Positions 8,206-18,301 are shown, counted from the first letter of the stretch. The stretch is DNA of 32,000 nucleotides from Bacillus benzoevorans (GCF_014207535.1 NZ_JACHGK010000016.1:33069-65068), one strand, 5' to 3'. Numbers and translations: made by a program. Notes: a model not told the origin generated them from the letters alone.

Positions 8206-10062
8206 ATGCAAGATAATCAAAATCAATTATTGCATACAACTAAAGCACCCGGACTAGATGGAAAACGGAGAAAAACAAGTGGTGGTGCTGGTGAACACCT
8301 AGCCAACGAACTTATTGAAACATTAAACAAAGATCCTGATATTTTAGCTTATGAACAGGCTAAATGGGAAGAACCAGTCACATTTGATAAATATCCTGTT
8401 CCTCCCTTTCCAGTAAACATTTTTAATGAACCGATGAGAAGTATGGTAAAACATGTTGCTGAATCTATCCAGACACCGATTGACTTACCAGCAGTAGTTG
8501 GACTAGGCGTTTTATCAACTGCACTTCAAAAAAAATTTAACACCTCCCCAAATTCAAGTTGGTGTGAGAAATCAAACCTTTATTCCGTCTCTTTATCGGA
8601 TCCATCAACTCGAAAATCGGCTGCTTTTTCGAAAATGACAAAACCAGTTCGTCAACATGAAAAAGAACAACAAGAAAAAATGGAACTTTCCGTTATAAAT
8701 CGAAAAGCAGAACGTTCAGCGTTAGAAAAACGAAAGGATGCATTGGAACGTGAGTATGCTAAGGATCAAAATCCTGAGTTTCTGGAGGATATTAAAAAAA
8801 TTAACAAACACTTACAGGAAATTCCTGAGTTATATCTACCGACCTTATCAACAGACGATGCTACGCCAGAAGCTTTAGTTTCTTTAATGCATCAGAATGG
8901 TGGAGAAATTTCAATTTTATCAGCTGAAGGCGGATTATTTGAGCGGTTCAGAAATAGAAATATTGATCAAATAAAATATGACGTGTATTTAAAGCCATAT
9001 AGTGGAGATTCAATACAAATAAATCGTCAAACAAGAGACACACAGATTATAGAAAACCCAACTATGACGATTTGTATAACAGCCCAACCAAGTGTTATTA
9101 AAGAACTTCCAAGCCCCGTACATGAGCGAGGATTAATGGCAAGATTTTTTATTTCCATTCCAAATGACAATCTAGGCCATCGAAAATCCAGAGTGCCAGA
9201 AATCCCTAAAGATCTTATTCATAAATATGAATCTTTTATTCGAAAACTACTAAATTGGAAAACAGATGAAACGATTACCTTAAAACTATCTGATGATGCT
9301 CTCAATCTTTTATATGACACAATGGATGAAGTAGAGGCTGAATTTCGAGAAAACGGAGCATTTCATGACGATTTAAAAGCATGGGCCGGAAAGTTAATTG
9401 GTCAATTACTCCGGGTTGCAGGATTACTTCACGTATCTTATCAAGCAACGAAAGCTAAAAACATTACAGAGGTTGATACAACTATTAGCAAGGACACATT
9501 AGCTTCAGCCTTCCAGTTAAAAGAGTATATGATTTCACATGCTGAAAAAGCCTTTGGTGTTATGAAGCAAAACCAAGACTATGATGACGCAGAGTATCTA
9601 TTAAAACATATTCTTAATCAGAATAGCCCTATTGTCGCAAAACAAACGATTCATCAAATTGTGAAGAAAAAAATAAGGGGAATAGAACGAATGCAACGAT
9701 CATACGACATTCTTGAATATCATTCTTATATCCAGCAAGCGTTAGGTGGTAAGTCAGGCATTAAAGGTTTAATTTGGGTAAACCCAAGCGTACTTAAAGG
9801 TGCAAAAGGTGCAAAAAAGTCCCATAATTCCCCTAATCAAGATGAAATCGTTGAGAACACTGTAATAGAAGAAGGGGAAAAAGAAACCCTAGTGTCCCCT
9901 AACGCCCCTAATAAAACTATAGATGTGGAAATAAGCGAACAAAAAGAAGAGAAACAGGAGTCTCCTACAACCCCCGTTTCTCCGAAAAAACCTGAAAAAA
10001 ATAAATTAATTGAAGCTAATTATACAACATCCCAGAGCGATTATAAAGTGGTGAAAGTATAA
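8206..10062 (+). CDS. DUF3987-like (YfjI-like, primase/helicase-associated) protein with a low-complexity C-terminal tail
   Basis: 618 aa. PPFPVNIFNEPMRSMVKHVAESIQTPIDLPAVVGLGVLSTAL and later DDATPEALVSLMHQNGG...ILSAEGG match the DUF3987 pattern seen in replication modules of phages, islands and plasmids. GAAGGAG Shine-Dalgarno 8 nt upstream. Pro/Lys/Glu-rich tail. Confidence 0.75.
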   Translation: MQDNQNQLLHTTKAPGLDGKRRKTSGGAGEHLANELIETLNKDPDILAYEQAKWEEPVTFDKYPVPPFPVNIFNEPMRSMVKHVAESIQTPIDLPAVVGLGVLSTALQKKFNTSPNSSWCEKSNLYSVSLSDPSTRKSAAFSKMTKPVRQHEKEQQEKMELSVINRKAERSALEKRKDALEREYAKDQNPEFLEDIKKINKHLQEIPELYLPTLSTDDATPEALVSLMHQNGGEISILSAEGGLFERFRNRNIDQIKYDVYLKPYSGDSIQINRQTRDTQIIENPTMTICITAQPSVIKELPSPVHERGLMARFFISIPNDNLGHRKSRVPEIPKDLIHKYESFIRKLLNWKTDETITLKLSDDALNLLYDTMDEVEAEFRENGAFHDDLKAWAGKLIGQLLRVAGLLHVSYQATKAKNITEVDTTISKDTLASAFQLKEYMISHAEKAFGVMKQNQDYDDAEYLLKHILNQNSPIVAKQTIHQIVKKKIRGIERMQRSYDILEYHSYIQQALGGKSGIKGLIWVNPSVLKGAKGAKKSHNSPNQDEIVENTVIEEGEKETLVSPNAPNKTIDVEISEQKEEKQESPTTPVSPKKPEKNKLIEANYTTSQSDYKVVKV

Positions 10063-10497
10063 GTGAATCTTACAAGTTTTCTACATTTCTTAGACGATCA
10101 CCATATCGATATTTGGGTCAGTGAAGATGATTTACTCGTTGGAATGGAGGAAGGCAATGCCCTCCCAGACAGCGCTCATGATTATATCCATGCCCATAGA
10201 CAGCAAATCAGAAAGCGATTATTAAATAACATCTTTGCCCAAAGCCGGCAATGGAATGTTGCGAATTTCGGTGAGGTTTATTGTTACCATTACAGTTCCA
10301 CAGGATACGTCTTTATTGAACGGAATGAAGATGAAACCGTTGATGTGTACCGTTGCAAGTTCGATATGCATCAGCAAGCTACAAATATAAAAGGGCTGCA
10401 CGAAAATATCCCTTTTGCAAAGGCCTATCAAAAGGCAAAATCCTTTTTAAAGTGGTTTTACTCTGAGAACCCCCACATAAAGAAAGGTAAATACTAA
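10063..10497 (+). CDS. hypothetical protein (GTG start directly after the preceding stop)
   Basis: 144-aa ORF. GTG at 10063 directly follows TAA 10060-10062, which suggests translational coupling. No family recognised. Confidence 0.5.
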   Translation: MNLTSFLHFLDDHHIDIWVSEDDLLVGMEEGNALPDSAHDYIHAHRQQIRKRLLNNIFAQSRQWNVANFGEVYCYHYSSTGYVFIERNEDETVDVYRCKFDMHQQATNIKGLHENIPFAKAYQKAKSFLKWFYSENPHIKKGKY

Positions 10498-10502
10498 AGT
10501 CT

Positions 10503-10533
10503 GCATGATAGGGAGGTCCTCTCCCTATCATGC
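10503..10533 (+). other. perfect 13-bp stem-loop between the 144-aa gene and the second DUF3987-like gene
   Basis: GCATGATAGGGAG / loop GTCCT / CTCCCTATCATGC. No T-run follows, so a terminator role is uncertain. Confidence 0.4.
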
Positions 10534-10577
10534 TAAATAGTTAACAAAAATTAAAAATAGAAAGGTACGATTAATAA

Positions 10578-11807
10578 ATGAACAAGTTAAATACTGAAAA
10601 CTATAATTATAAAAATAACAACTCATTAGATACGGTTTCTCTACCTCCTTTTCCAACAGGAGTATTTCCTAAACCAATACAAGATATGATTATTTATCAA
10701 GCTGAAGCAAATCAAACCAATCATGATATTCCCGGAATGCTGACATTAGCTATTTGTTCAATTTGTCTTAAAACAAACTTTGAAGTAAAGGTTAAGGAAG
10801 GTTGGAAAGAACCACTGAACCTTTATACGGCTATTCAAAGTGAATCCTTCCCGCGTCGAAGTTCTTTCTTTAGTGATATGTTAGAGCCAATCGCAGACTA
10901 TGAAAAAGAATGGATAGACAAAATAAGACCTCTTATTAAAGAACGAGATATGTTGGAAAGCAAGATTTCATTTTATAATAACCAATATGCTAAGAATGGA
11001 AATCTTGAACATTTGAAGAAGGCCAAAAGATTAGATGAGCAAATACGCGATTTATCAGGGATCCACCCACCAGTATTAATGGTAGATTCCGTTACACCAG
11101 AAGCCCTTGTTCATATTATGTATAAAAATAATGGTCAGCTATCAATTATATCGGACAATGGAGATCTATTTGATTTCTTGAAAAATGAAAAATATATGAG
11201 GATATTTTTAAAGGCCTACAATCAGGACCCTATTTATTTTAACCATCGGTTGTCGAAAGTCCAAACCCAAATCAATAACCCAAATATGAGTATATGTTTA
11301 TCAACACTTACTAGCAAGATTCATGACCTTACTACTCTGCCATTCGGAGACCGGTTAATTTCATGCTTTCTTATTAGCTACCCAGAAGAAAAACTTGCAA
11401 AACGACAATGTTGGATTCCTGAAGATCTTTTGAATTGCTCTGAATGTTACTACCCTTTCATTCAGAAATTGCTAAATTGGCAGACAGAAAAGCCCATTCA
11501 ATTAGAAATGGCTAAAGATGCGATTGAACTTTTATATCAATTAATGAATGAAGTAGAAAAAGTGTTCTTCGAAGGTAGTGTTTTTCAAAAGGAATTGAAG
11601 TCATGGGGTGGAAAAATTGTTAGCCAATTACTTCGTATCGCTGGGCTATTACACGTTACTTCTCATGCAGTAACAGCAAAATTAATTAAAGACGTACCAA
11701 TTACGATTAGCAAGGACACATTGGCAGCAGCAATACGGTTTAAAGACTACTTCATTGCACATAAACAAAAAGTATACGATGAGATTAATAAATATCAAAC
11801 AGAATGA
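10578..11807 (+). CDS. DUF3987-like protein, shorter paralogue of 8206-10062
   Basis: 409 aa. Collinear with the first copy: LPPFPTGVFPKPIQDMI..., NLYTAIQSESFPRRS vs NLYSVSLSDPSTRKS, VTPEALVHIMYKNNG vs ATPEALVSLMHQNGG, LLRIAGLLHVT vs LLRVAGLLHVS, ITISKDTLAAA vs TTISKDTLASA. Confidence 0.75.
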   Translation: MNKLNTENYNYKNNNSLDTVSLPPFPTGVFPKPIQDMIIYQAEANQTNHDIPGMLTLAICSICLKTNFEVKVKEGWKEPLNLYTAIQSESFPRRSSFFSDMLEPIADYEKEWIDKIRPLIKERDMLESKISFYNNQYAKNGNLEHLKKAKRLDEQIRDLSGIHPPVLMVDSVTPEALVHIMYKNNGQLSIISDNGDLFDFLKNEKYMRIFLKAYNQDPIYFNHRLSKVQTQINNPNMSICLSTLTSKIHDLTTLPFGDRLISCFLISYPEEKLAKRQCWIPEDLLNCSECYYPFIQKLLNWQTEKPIQLEMAKDAIELLYQLMNEVEKVFFEGSVFQKELKSWGGKIVSQLLRIAGLLHVTSHAVTAKLIKDVPITISKDTLAAAIRFKDYFIAHKQKVYDEINKYQTE

Positions 11808-12013
11808 TGGCATCTTATAAAAAAACATTATTCATAATATTTATTGCCAACTCAAAGGGGTACGGGCGATACGAAACCGTACTCTTCCTCTTCAATTGGA
11901 TTTAACAGAATGGTACTTATCCCCAAAAAACTGGGCTTAAAAAGAACTTTATTAAGATGGGAAACCGTCCTTCAATTTGTAAATAACACGTAACAATATC
12001 GGGAGGTATATGA

Positions 12014-12505
12014 ATGTTCCAATTAAATAGTCAAAACGAATTATCAAAAACTCATTATTGCCGGGCATGTCCATTTCAACATCAAAACATTATGATTGAA
12101 GATCATTACTATCGTAAAATCCTCAAACTAACCAAACAGGACTTTTTAGATGGTGGCGGCATTCACATCCACGCCTACTTTAAAGAATACGATCAGTTGC
12201 TGTTCAATTACATCATGGACAACCTTCACCAGTTTCACGAGCAGGATGATTATGGTTCTTGCGGAGAGATGGAACAAAATATTTTTTTATGGGATGTAAC
12301 GAATGATCCTGTCATCCCTTATCTCGTGGGGCTTACACCTAAGATATTTAAACCTTATTTTGATAGTCTGCATGGTCCGATTAATTCTATCATCATCGAA
12401 TTAAAATGTGATTATTATTTTTATACTGAAGAAATTGTTTGGGGAATGATGATGCTACAAATAATCCCTGAAGAAACCATCTGGACGAACGAGTGCAATT
12501 ACTAA
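12014..12505 (+). CDS. hypothetical protein
   Basis: 163-aa ORF with GGGAGG Shine-Dalgarno 7 nt upstream. No family recognised. Confidence 0.55.
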   Translation: MFQLNSQNELSKTHYCRACPFQHQNIMIEDHYYRKILKLTKQDFLDGGGIHIHAYFKEYDQLLFNYIMDNLHQFHEQDDYGSCGEMEQNIFLWDVTNDPVIPYLVGLTPKIFKPYFDSLHGPINSIIIELKCDYYFYTEEIVWGMMMLQIIPEETIWTNECNY

Positions 12506-12878
12506 TCATTCAGCATATTATTCTCGCAAATAAATAATATGGTAAATCAATATGAAACTAAATAGTATAACCTTTTAAATGGGGCGTGTATTTTTTAATA
12601 CTTGTCCCATTTATGTTTGGAAGGACTAGAAATATCAACATTTGACAGTAAACTATTTAAAAGAACACTTCTTTTTCACTTCTAACTACTCAAATAATGT
12701 AGTTCGAAAACAAAAAATAGATCTTCAAACCCTATTATTCAGGGAAAGTGTATTATTCATAGGACTCATCTCTATGTAATCCACTTTTTATATAGCCGAC
12801 ACTAATAGTGAAAAATGAAATCTAAAAAGTGTTCTTTTAAACAAATATCATTCACCCATGAGGAAAGGAGAAAAACAA

Positions 12879-13877
12879 ATGCAAGATAAAATCATCTTAA
12901 AGAAAAATGCAAGACAACGGTTGGAACTGACTAAATCCGATTTACAGTTATTAGTATTTTTGGAACAGCAACGAATGTTAACGCTGCAACAATTCTATCA
13001 AGCTGCTAAACACTTATTTGAAATGAAAATCACTGAATATAGCTTTAAGAATCGAGTTCGGAAATTTGAGGACTATCATCTGATTCGTGGCGAACATTAT
13101 AGTGAAGGGTTTGACGGAGAGCGGTTCAAATCCTTGTGTATTGGAAGCAAGGCTGTTGATTTGCTGATAGAGAACCATTTATTGGATAGCACATACAACA
13201 AATCAAAAATCTATAAATTTAATCAAAAGAAGAATATAATGCACTATTTAGCAACCCAACAAGCAGTGATCAATATATTAACTCGCTTCAATGCTAAAGC
13301 AATAAAAGATCCAAATACTAATGAAATGAAATACCCAGTTATATACAATAAAACATCATTCTCCCGTTCTCCAGCAATGTATCCATATACGGAGTGGATA
13401 AGGAAACACAAAAACCTACATCGACAAAACAGCGGTGCATACCATGCAAAGATTGCAAAGCATATGACAGGAAGTAAGTCTAGTGCTGAGATATATGGTA
13501 CGACAATAACCATCGTAAAACCAGATTGGATTATCGAATTAAAAGGAAGAAACGGGCAGAAAGATGCAATTATAAATATCGAGCTTGATATGGGAACGGA
13601 ATCCATTGAAACATTGATAGAAAAAACTTTCAATTATGCAAAGCTTGCAGAAAAGAACCCAGATGTTCTTCATATTATGGACATCGTTATTGCCGATAAT
13701 AGTTTCTCAAACCGCTCTAAATTTAGTGATGGAATTGGGAGAACAAAAAATATCGTTAAACAATTTAAGACTGATTCAGCGGTTATAAGAAGGATAAGAG
13801 AATCCAGTTTAAAAATTATCGTTCGACCTTTAAGACTTAACGTTAAAGCGGTATGCGAAGCACTACGTAAATACTGA
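12879..13877 (+). CDS. replication-relaxation (Replic_Relax)-like protein
   Basis: The track ORF starts at 12858, but AAAGGAG sits 8 nt before the in-frame ATG at 12879. N-terminal LELTKSDLQLLVFLEQQRMLTLQQFYQ resembles the winged-helix start of replication-relaxation family proteins. The family assignment is tentative. Confidence 0.5.
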   Translation: MQDKIILKKNARQRLELTKSDLQLLVFLEQQRMLTLQQFYQAAKHLFEMKITEYSFKNRVRKFEDYHLIRGEHYSEGFDGERFKSLCIGSKAVDLLIENHLLDSTYNKSKIYKFNQKKNIMHYLATQQAVINILTRFNAKAIKDPNTNEMKYPVIYNKTSFSRSPAMYPYTEWIRKHKNLHRQNSGAYHAKIAKHMTGSKSSAEIYGTTITIVKPDWIIELKGRNGQKDAIINIELDMGTESIETLIEKTFNYAKLAEKNPDVLHIMDIVIADNSFSNRSKFSDGIGRTKNIVKQFKTDSAVIRRIRESSLKIIVRPLRLNVKAVCEALRKY

Positions 13878-13960
13878 TTAATACTATTAACACACAGTCA
13901 TTCATTTTGAATGGCTCGTATACATACAAGCTACAAAGAAATAGATAAGATTACATCATT

Positions 13961-14249
13961 TGTAACCATTAATAGATACCATGACAAAACGTTGTAATAT
14001 CAATTCATTCCTCATCCTACCTTTCTTATTTTTCTCTTCTATTTAACTATTCGTTGCGAGCAATAGTAACCATTAAACAGAGTAATACACTAATTCGTTC
14101 ATTATTCACTTCAAAAATAGATCTGTCATAGGTTTGGTAACGATTAATAGATACCATAACGAACATTAATAAATCAGCTTTTCTTTGACTTATTTTCCTG
14201 AACTACCATCCGTATCTACTATTCGTTACTATTAATCGTTACCATAAAC
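13961..14249 (+). repeat. iteron-like repeat cluster A (two degenerate ~175-bp tandem units)
   Basis: TGTAACCATTAATAGATACCATGAC (13961-13985) and GGTAACGATTAATAGATACCATAAC (14136-14160) share the exact 14-mer ATTAATAGATACCA. ACTATTCGTT...TAACCATTAAAC (14046-14078) pairs with ACTATTCGTT...TTACCATAAAC (14218-14249). The cluster lies between two convergent gene ends. Confidence 0.7.
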
Positions 14250-14394
14250 TACTTTGACAAGCAATGAAGAATGAAATAGATGGTTGAATGATATTATTCA
14301 ATTAAGTAATTACCAATAAATATGCACAAAAAAAAATAACTCCTGTCAGAATCCAACAGAAGTCATTTTTTTCATATTTTTTTACCCTTCATTG

Positions 14395-14649
14395 CTACCA
14401 CTTTTTAATACTACACATTGTACCTGCACTCTTTGGAAGTACCAATCGTTGTTTTTCATCAAATATCAACTGTTCCTTTACTTGAAAAATGTAAAATGCC
14501 TCACCCTCTGTCATAGCTTCCTTCTCAACTTTATACCGAACTTCAAAGATTGCCTTCGCTTCGCCCAGCGACATTGCATCAATCACTGCAAATTGTTCAT
14601 CTTTCTCCTTCGTTCTTTTTACAACATAATACGTTAGCATTTGATTCAT
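14395..14649 (-). CDS. small hypothetical protein
   Basis: The track ORF runs to 14721, but GGAGGG lies 6 nt before the in-frame ATG at 14649 (MNQMLTYYVVKR...), giving 84 aa. Confidence 0.45.
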   Translation of the reverse strand: MNQMLTYYVVKRTKEKDEQFAVIDAMSLGEAKAIFEVRYKVEKEAMTEGEAFYIFQVKEQLIFDEKQRLVLPKSAGTMCSIKKW

Positions 14650-14943
14650 TTGGTTCCCTCCATATGGATTTTTTATATAAAAAAACATCGGCAAGAATAC
14701 AACGATTGTTTCGTCATACATCTTACCGATGATTTTTATCCGATTCCTCGACCAAAAAGGTCATTCTATTAAATTAGTTTGTAAAAGAAAAAGTAAATAA
14801 AACCTATCATATACTATTATTCTATCGTACACTTTACCCCTTTTTAACCCCTGTTATCAAATAGAATAAGTCCACTCGACTTATTCTATTACTTATTGAT
14901 GCAATTTGGATGGACTTTTCACCAATGTCCATACTTTGACATT

Positions 14944-15369
14944 CTAATCTAAATCTTGCTGTTCTAACATCTTTCGTAAATTTTGCTTTGTGTCATTAGG
15001 AATGATCTCTAAGAATCTACGCAAACCGGTGGCATGTAAACCGAGCAAAAGCATATTTTCAGCTCCTTCTAGTTTCCCCCTTTTAACATACATCTCAGGT
15101 AGTAAGCATTGTGAAGGCAATCCGCTCGTAATGCATTGCGGTTCGGTTGATATCTCTAAATTTTTGGCACACAGCCATTTTTCATAGTTCTTTCTAAGTT
15201 GACGAACTTGTTGCGGATCTAATTTAACCTTTTCCGCAATTGTTTCATCGTCATAATTAGTTGTCTCCAAATAAATTCTTGCAACTTCTTCTCTGACTTC
15301 TTGCTCCGCTTCTTTTTGTAATTGCTCTTTAATTTTAGTTCTAAATTCCTCCAAATAATCTTGTCCCAT
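14944..15369 (-). CDS. hypothetical protein
   Basis: 141-aa ORF with GGAGGT Shine-Dalgarno 8 nt upstream. Charged helical N-terminus. No family recognised. Confidence 0.55.
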   Translation of the reverse strand: MGQDYLEEFRTKIKEQLQKEAEQEVREEVARIYLETTNYDDETIAEKVKLDPQQVRQLRKNYEKWLCAKNLEISTEPQCITSGLPSQCLLPEMYVKRGKLEGAENMLLLGLHATGLRRFLEIIPNDTKQNLRKMLEQQDLD

Positions 15370-15799
15370 TAAGCCTTACCTCCATTTAACATTATGATTA
15401 ATAAGGATTACGGGGCAGTTGGTTACCGGTTACCCTTCCCAATTGATAAGTTTAGCAGAGATTTCAATACTCTCCAAAGAACCTTCATAGATATTTACAA
15501 ATTACTCCGATAACCTGCAATCAATGTATCCTTCCCCTGTATCCTTATGTGATTAAACCCACTACTGTCCACTTTAGCTTTCTTATTCATTTTAAAACAA
15601 AAGGAATCGCCAATAGAATTGGTTTTTTTATGTCTTTAAACAAGCCATTCATGACTGCAAACTGACTTTTCAAGGATTTAGGGTATATATTTCACACATT
15701 AATACTTATAATAGCTTTTGATAAATAAATAAAAGCGCTGTGAAAATACGAAGGAACAATTGGGTTTACTATCATTCATTAGTAAAGTGAGGGAAATAA

Positions 15800-16273
15800 A
15801 TGGGTACGTATTACGCTCTTGGTATCGTGAAAAAATTTACAGCAAAATCAACTCAATCACTCAGTCAAACTGATTGGAAGAAGCACTTGAATGAAAGGCT
15901 TAATATGGAGCAGTACTCCATAAATTTCAGGGATAATGCAGTAATAGGAGAATTGAAAAAGGAAGTATTTGAGAAAAATATTGAAGACTTTTACCACAAG
16001 CTTGTCAAAATAACCAATAACGAGCAAATTGCCATTGACTTTGAAGATTCAGGTACTGATATGGAGAAATATCAAGATTGGGTTACAGTAATGACAGTAA
16101 AAGAGCATAGCCCTAATATTAGCTTACGGGCTGAATTTGCGATACTTTTTATTGAAGGAAAAGTTATAGCTGAGGAATTTAGCATCGAACCACAATTAAT
16201 GAATTGGCTGTTTAGACATGTTGACCTCTCTAATCCGCTTAGTGGATGTATTATGGCGGATATAGTGGGATAG
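15800..16273 (+). CDS. hypothetical protein
   Basis: 157-aa ORF with GTGAGGG Shine-Dalgarno 7 nt upstream. First gene of a plus-strand run of small genes. Confidence 0.55.
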   Translation: MGTYYALGIVKKFTAKSTQSLSQTDWKKHLNERLNMEQYSINFRDNAVIGELKKEVFEKNIEDFYHKLVKITNNEQIAIDFEDSGTDMEKYQDWVTVMTVKEHSPNISLRAEFAILFIEGKVIAEEFSIEPQLMNWLFRHVDLSNPLSGCIMADIVG

Positions 16274-16386
16274 TATTCTTTAATTTTGAATTGGCTTACG
16301 AAAAGAAACAAGATTTAGTGACATAAGACAATGATCATTAAATAAATTGTCCAAAGAAGTTAGACAACAAATTACAAGGAGAAAAA

Positions 16387-16587
16387 ATGAGGAAATTAAA
16401 AGATAGTAAAGAGTACTGTCCTTACTGCAAAGCTGATTTACAAGGAGATCCTATTCCTTTAGAAATGCAACGCCATTATGGCAATGCAACACACTTTACT
16501 AGAAAAATCGGGATTTCCAGTATGGAGCAAGACCGTATAATCAAATGGCAATGTCCTGACTGTGGGAAGGAATGGGAGCGGGAGTGA
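16387..16587 (+). CDS. small zinc-ribbon protein
   Basis: 66 aa with two CxxC pairs (CPYCKADL, CPDCGKEW). AAGGAG Shine-Dalgarno 6 nt upstream. Confidence 0.55.
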   Translation: MRKLKDSKEYCPYCKADLQGDPIPLEMQRHYGNATHFTRKIGISSMEQDRIIKWQCPDCGKEWERE

Positions 16588-16778
16588 AAAGATACGTTGT
16601 GATTGGTTTTGATATTAGAGAACATATCGTCATAGGTAAAGTATTTGAAGATATTGAAGAAGCAAATGAATATCTTCAATATTTAAATAACGAAATGATT
16701 GGAAAAGTTATAGAAGAAGAACATCGCCTCCTAGAATATGCAGAGATGCACGAGATGGATTATGTTCCTTTAAAATAA
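16572..16778 (+). CDS. small hypothetical protein overlapping the zinc-ribbon gene stop
   Basis: 68-aa ORF. An alternative GTG start at 16584 forms a GTGA overlap with the upstream stop, which suggests translational coupling. The exact start is uncertain. Confidence 0.4.
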   Translation: MGAGVKRYVVIGFDIREHIVIGKVFEDIEEANEYLQYLNNEMIGKVIEEEHRLLEYAEMHEMDYVPLK

Positions 16779-16848
16779 CAGCCAATGACGAATATATGAA
16801 AGGAAATCTTTACTATGAAAACTAGAAAAAGAAGGTGAAGAAGATAGA

Positions 16849-17058
16849 ATGGATTTCCACAAACTGATGCTTTTTGTCAATATCCTCGGCATCTGCCTGC
16901 CAGTGGCATTAACCTATTTAGTTATCGCTAGTAAGGTCACTGGACAACAAATCTATCCATTTACCATTGCTGGACTAGCTTTTGGCTATGCAGTCATGAT
17001 TAAACGAAATTTGTTGTTTCAGGAGCTATGGAATAAATGGTTCAAGAAGAATAGGTAA
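16849..17058 (+). CDS. small membrane protein (two predicted TM helices)
   Basis: 69 aa. Hydrophobic stretches LMLFVNILGICLPVALTYLVIA and IYPFTIAGLAFGYAVMI. Confidence 0.5.
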   Translation: MDFHKLMLFVNILGICLPVALTYLVIASKVTGQQIYPFTIAGLAFGYAVMIKRNLLFQELWNKWFKKNR

Positions 17059-17086
17059 CCCTTAGAACAAGTTGGGAGACTGCTCT

Positions 17087-17672
17087 ATGGACACTCAAGC
17101 AAAGTGGTATTTCGAAGATTTGAATAATCTAACAAAAAAACAAGCAGATGTTATTGAACAATTACATCGTTTAATGATAGAAAAAGAAAAGCACACTATC
17201 CCATTAATACCAACCAACCGTTCGTAAATTAATTAAACACGGTTTAAGTCGGGATGAAATTGTAGAAATAATAAATATTCTATCAAACGAATTGGACCGT
17301 TTCATTTCTGAAAATAAACGATGTCAACTACCCTATATTTATTTAAAAGATGAAGAATCATAGGAATTTGATCAGCTACTTGGAAATATTCATCAATCAA
17401 AAGATATACAGGAGCTAATTGATGCGGACAGTGAAAAGGATCGTATCAAGTTCATCAAAAGTATCTTAATTCTATACCAACAGGAGGCTGATTATATTCC
17501 CACTGAAAACAACGAAGACCACAGGGCTAAGATTATGAAACACTTAGAAAGGGCAGCAAAAAATGAACAAGCAAAATCCTCCTATGCTGCATTAGTTCGT
17601 ATTTTTGGAAATGAATTGAAAAGACAGCGAGAAGAAGTGCTAATTAAGAAATCAAATGACAAAGAAGATTGA
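17087..17672 (+). pseudogene. decayed gene (one frameshift plus one in-frame TAG)
   Basis: GGGAG then ATG 17087 opens a 46-codon frame ending at TAA 17225. The +1 frame is open from 17208 (RKLIKHGLSRDEIVEIINILSNELDRF...) to TAG 17361. It then continues in the same frame (EFDQLLGNIHQSKDIQELIDADSEKDRIKF...) to TGA 17670. The frame junction lies in the ACCAACCAACC tract. Confidence 0.45.
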
Positions 17673-17697
17673 TTTTTCCGGGAAGGAGGTTGCTAGA

Positions 17698-17973
17698 ATG
17701 AATGAAAATATACAAAATGAGGTAATCGAGCGTTTTAAAGCTCGTCATTTTCTATTTAATACTATGCATATCCAAGAGCTGAATCTGGCATTTAAACCAA
17801 ATAACACTCTGGATATTGTCATTAAAATGGGACATGGACACAATACTGATAAAGATAGAGATGCATTGGCTGTCTTTTTTGCAGCAACTCTTGGATTGCA
17901 GTTTGACTTTACCTTTTACATTATTGAAATCGATACATATGAGGAAAAAAATAAATTAGTAAGAATAGAGTAA
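17698..17973 (+). CDS. hypothetical protein
   Basis: The track ORF starts at 17656, but GGAAGGAGG lies 8 nt before the in-frame ATG at 17698 (MNENIQNEV...), giving 91 aa. Confidence 0.5.
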   Translation: MNENIQNEVIERFKARHFLFNTMHIQELNLAFKPNNTLDIVIKMGHGHNTDKDRDALAVFFAATLGLQFDFTFYIIEIDTYEEKNKLVRIE

Positions 17974-18301
17974 AATCATTAATAATAACAAAAATTACTT
18001 TTCACCAATTCAAAACTTTAACAGACTACTTTCATCTAGTTGTAACAGCAATACATATATTGTTCATCATATTCCAATTGCGTCATAATATTGCACATTC
18101 AATGATATTAAAATCGATGTAGTAACAGAAAAAACGATACCATTAGCCCAAAAAAGAACAAGTAAACGTATGACGGACTAATTGGACATTATCATGCCTG
18201 AAATAACGATTAGGACCTACCCTTTTATTTCTGGAGAATATATAAAAAGAGTAATGCCACAATGAAAACAAATATCCAATATTGAAAATGGTGGTGATGG
18301 T

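Noticed and set aside
13961-14249. Repeat cluster A as a CRISPR array
   Set aside because: The units are degenerate rather than identical, and two different unit types alternate with ~80-90-bp irregular spacing. There is no palindromic CRISPR-like repeat and no cas gene. Iteron or binding-site repeats fit better.
10222-16679. Track ORFs 10222-10431(-), 13244-13633(-), 14392-14637(+), 14550-14732(+), 14990-15187(+), 16072-16311(-) and 16476-16679(-)
   Set aside because: Each lies antisense within a longer ORF that has a better start context. None has a recognisable motif or Shine-Dalgarno.
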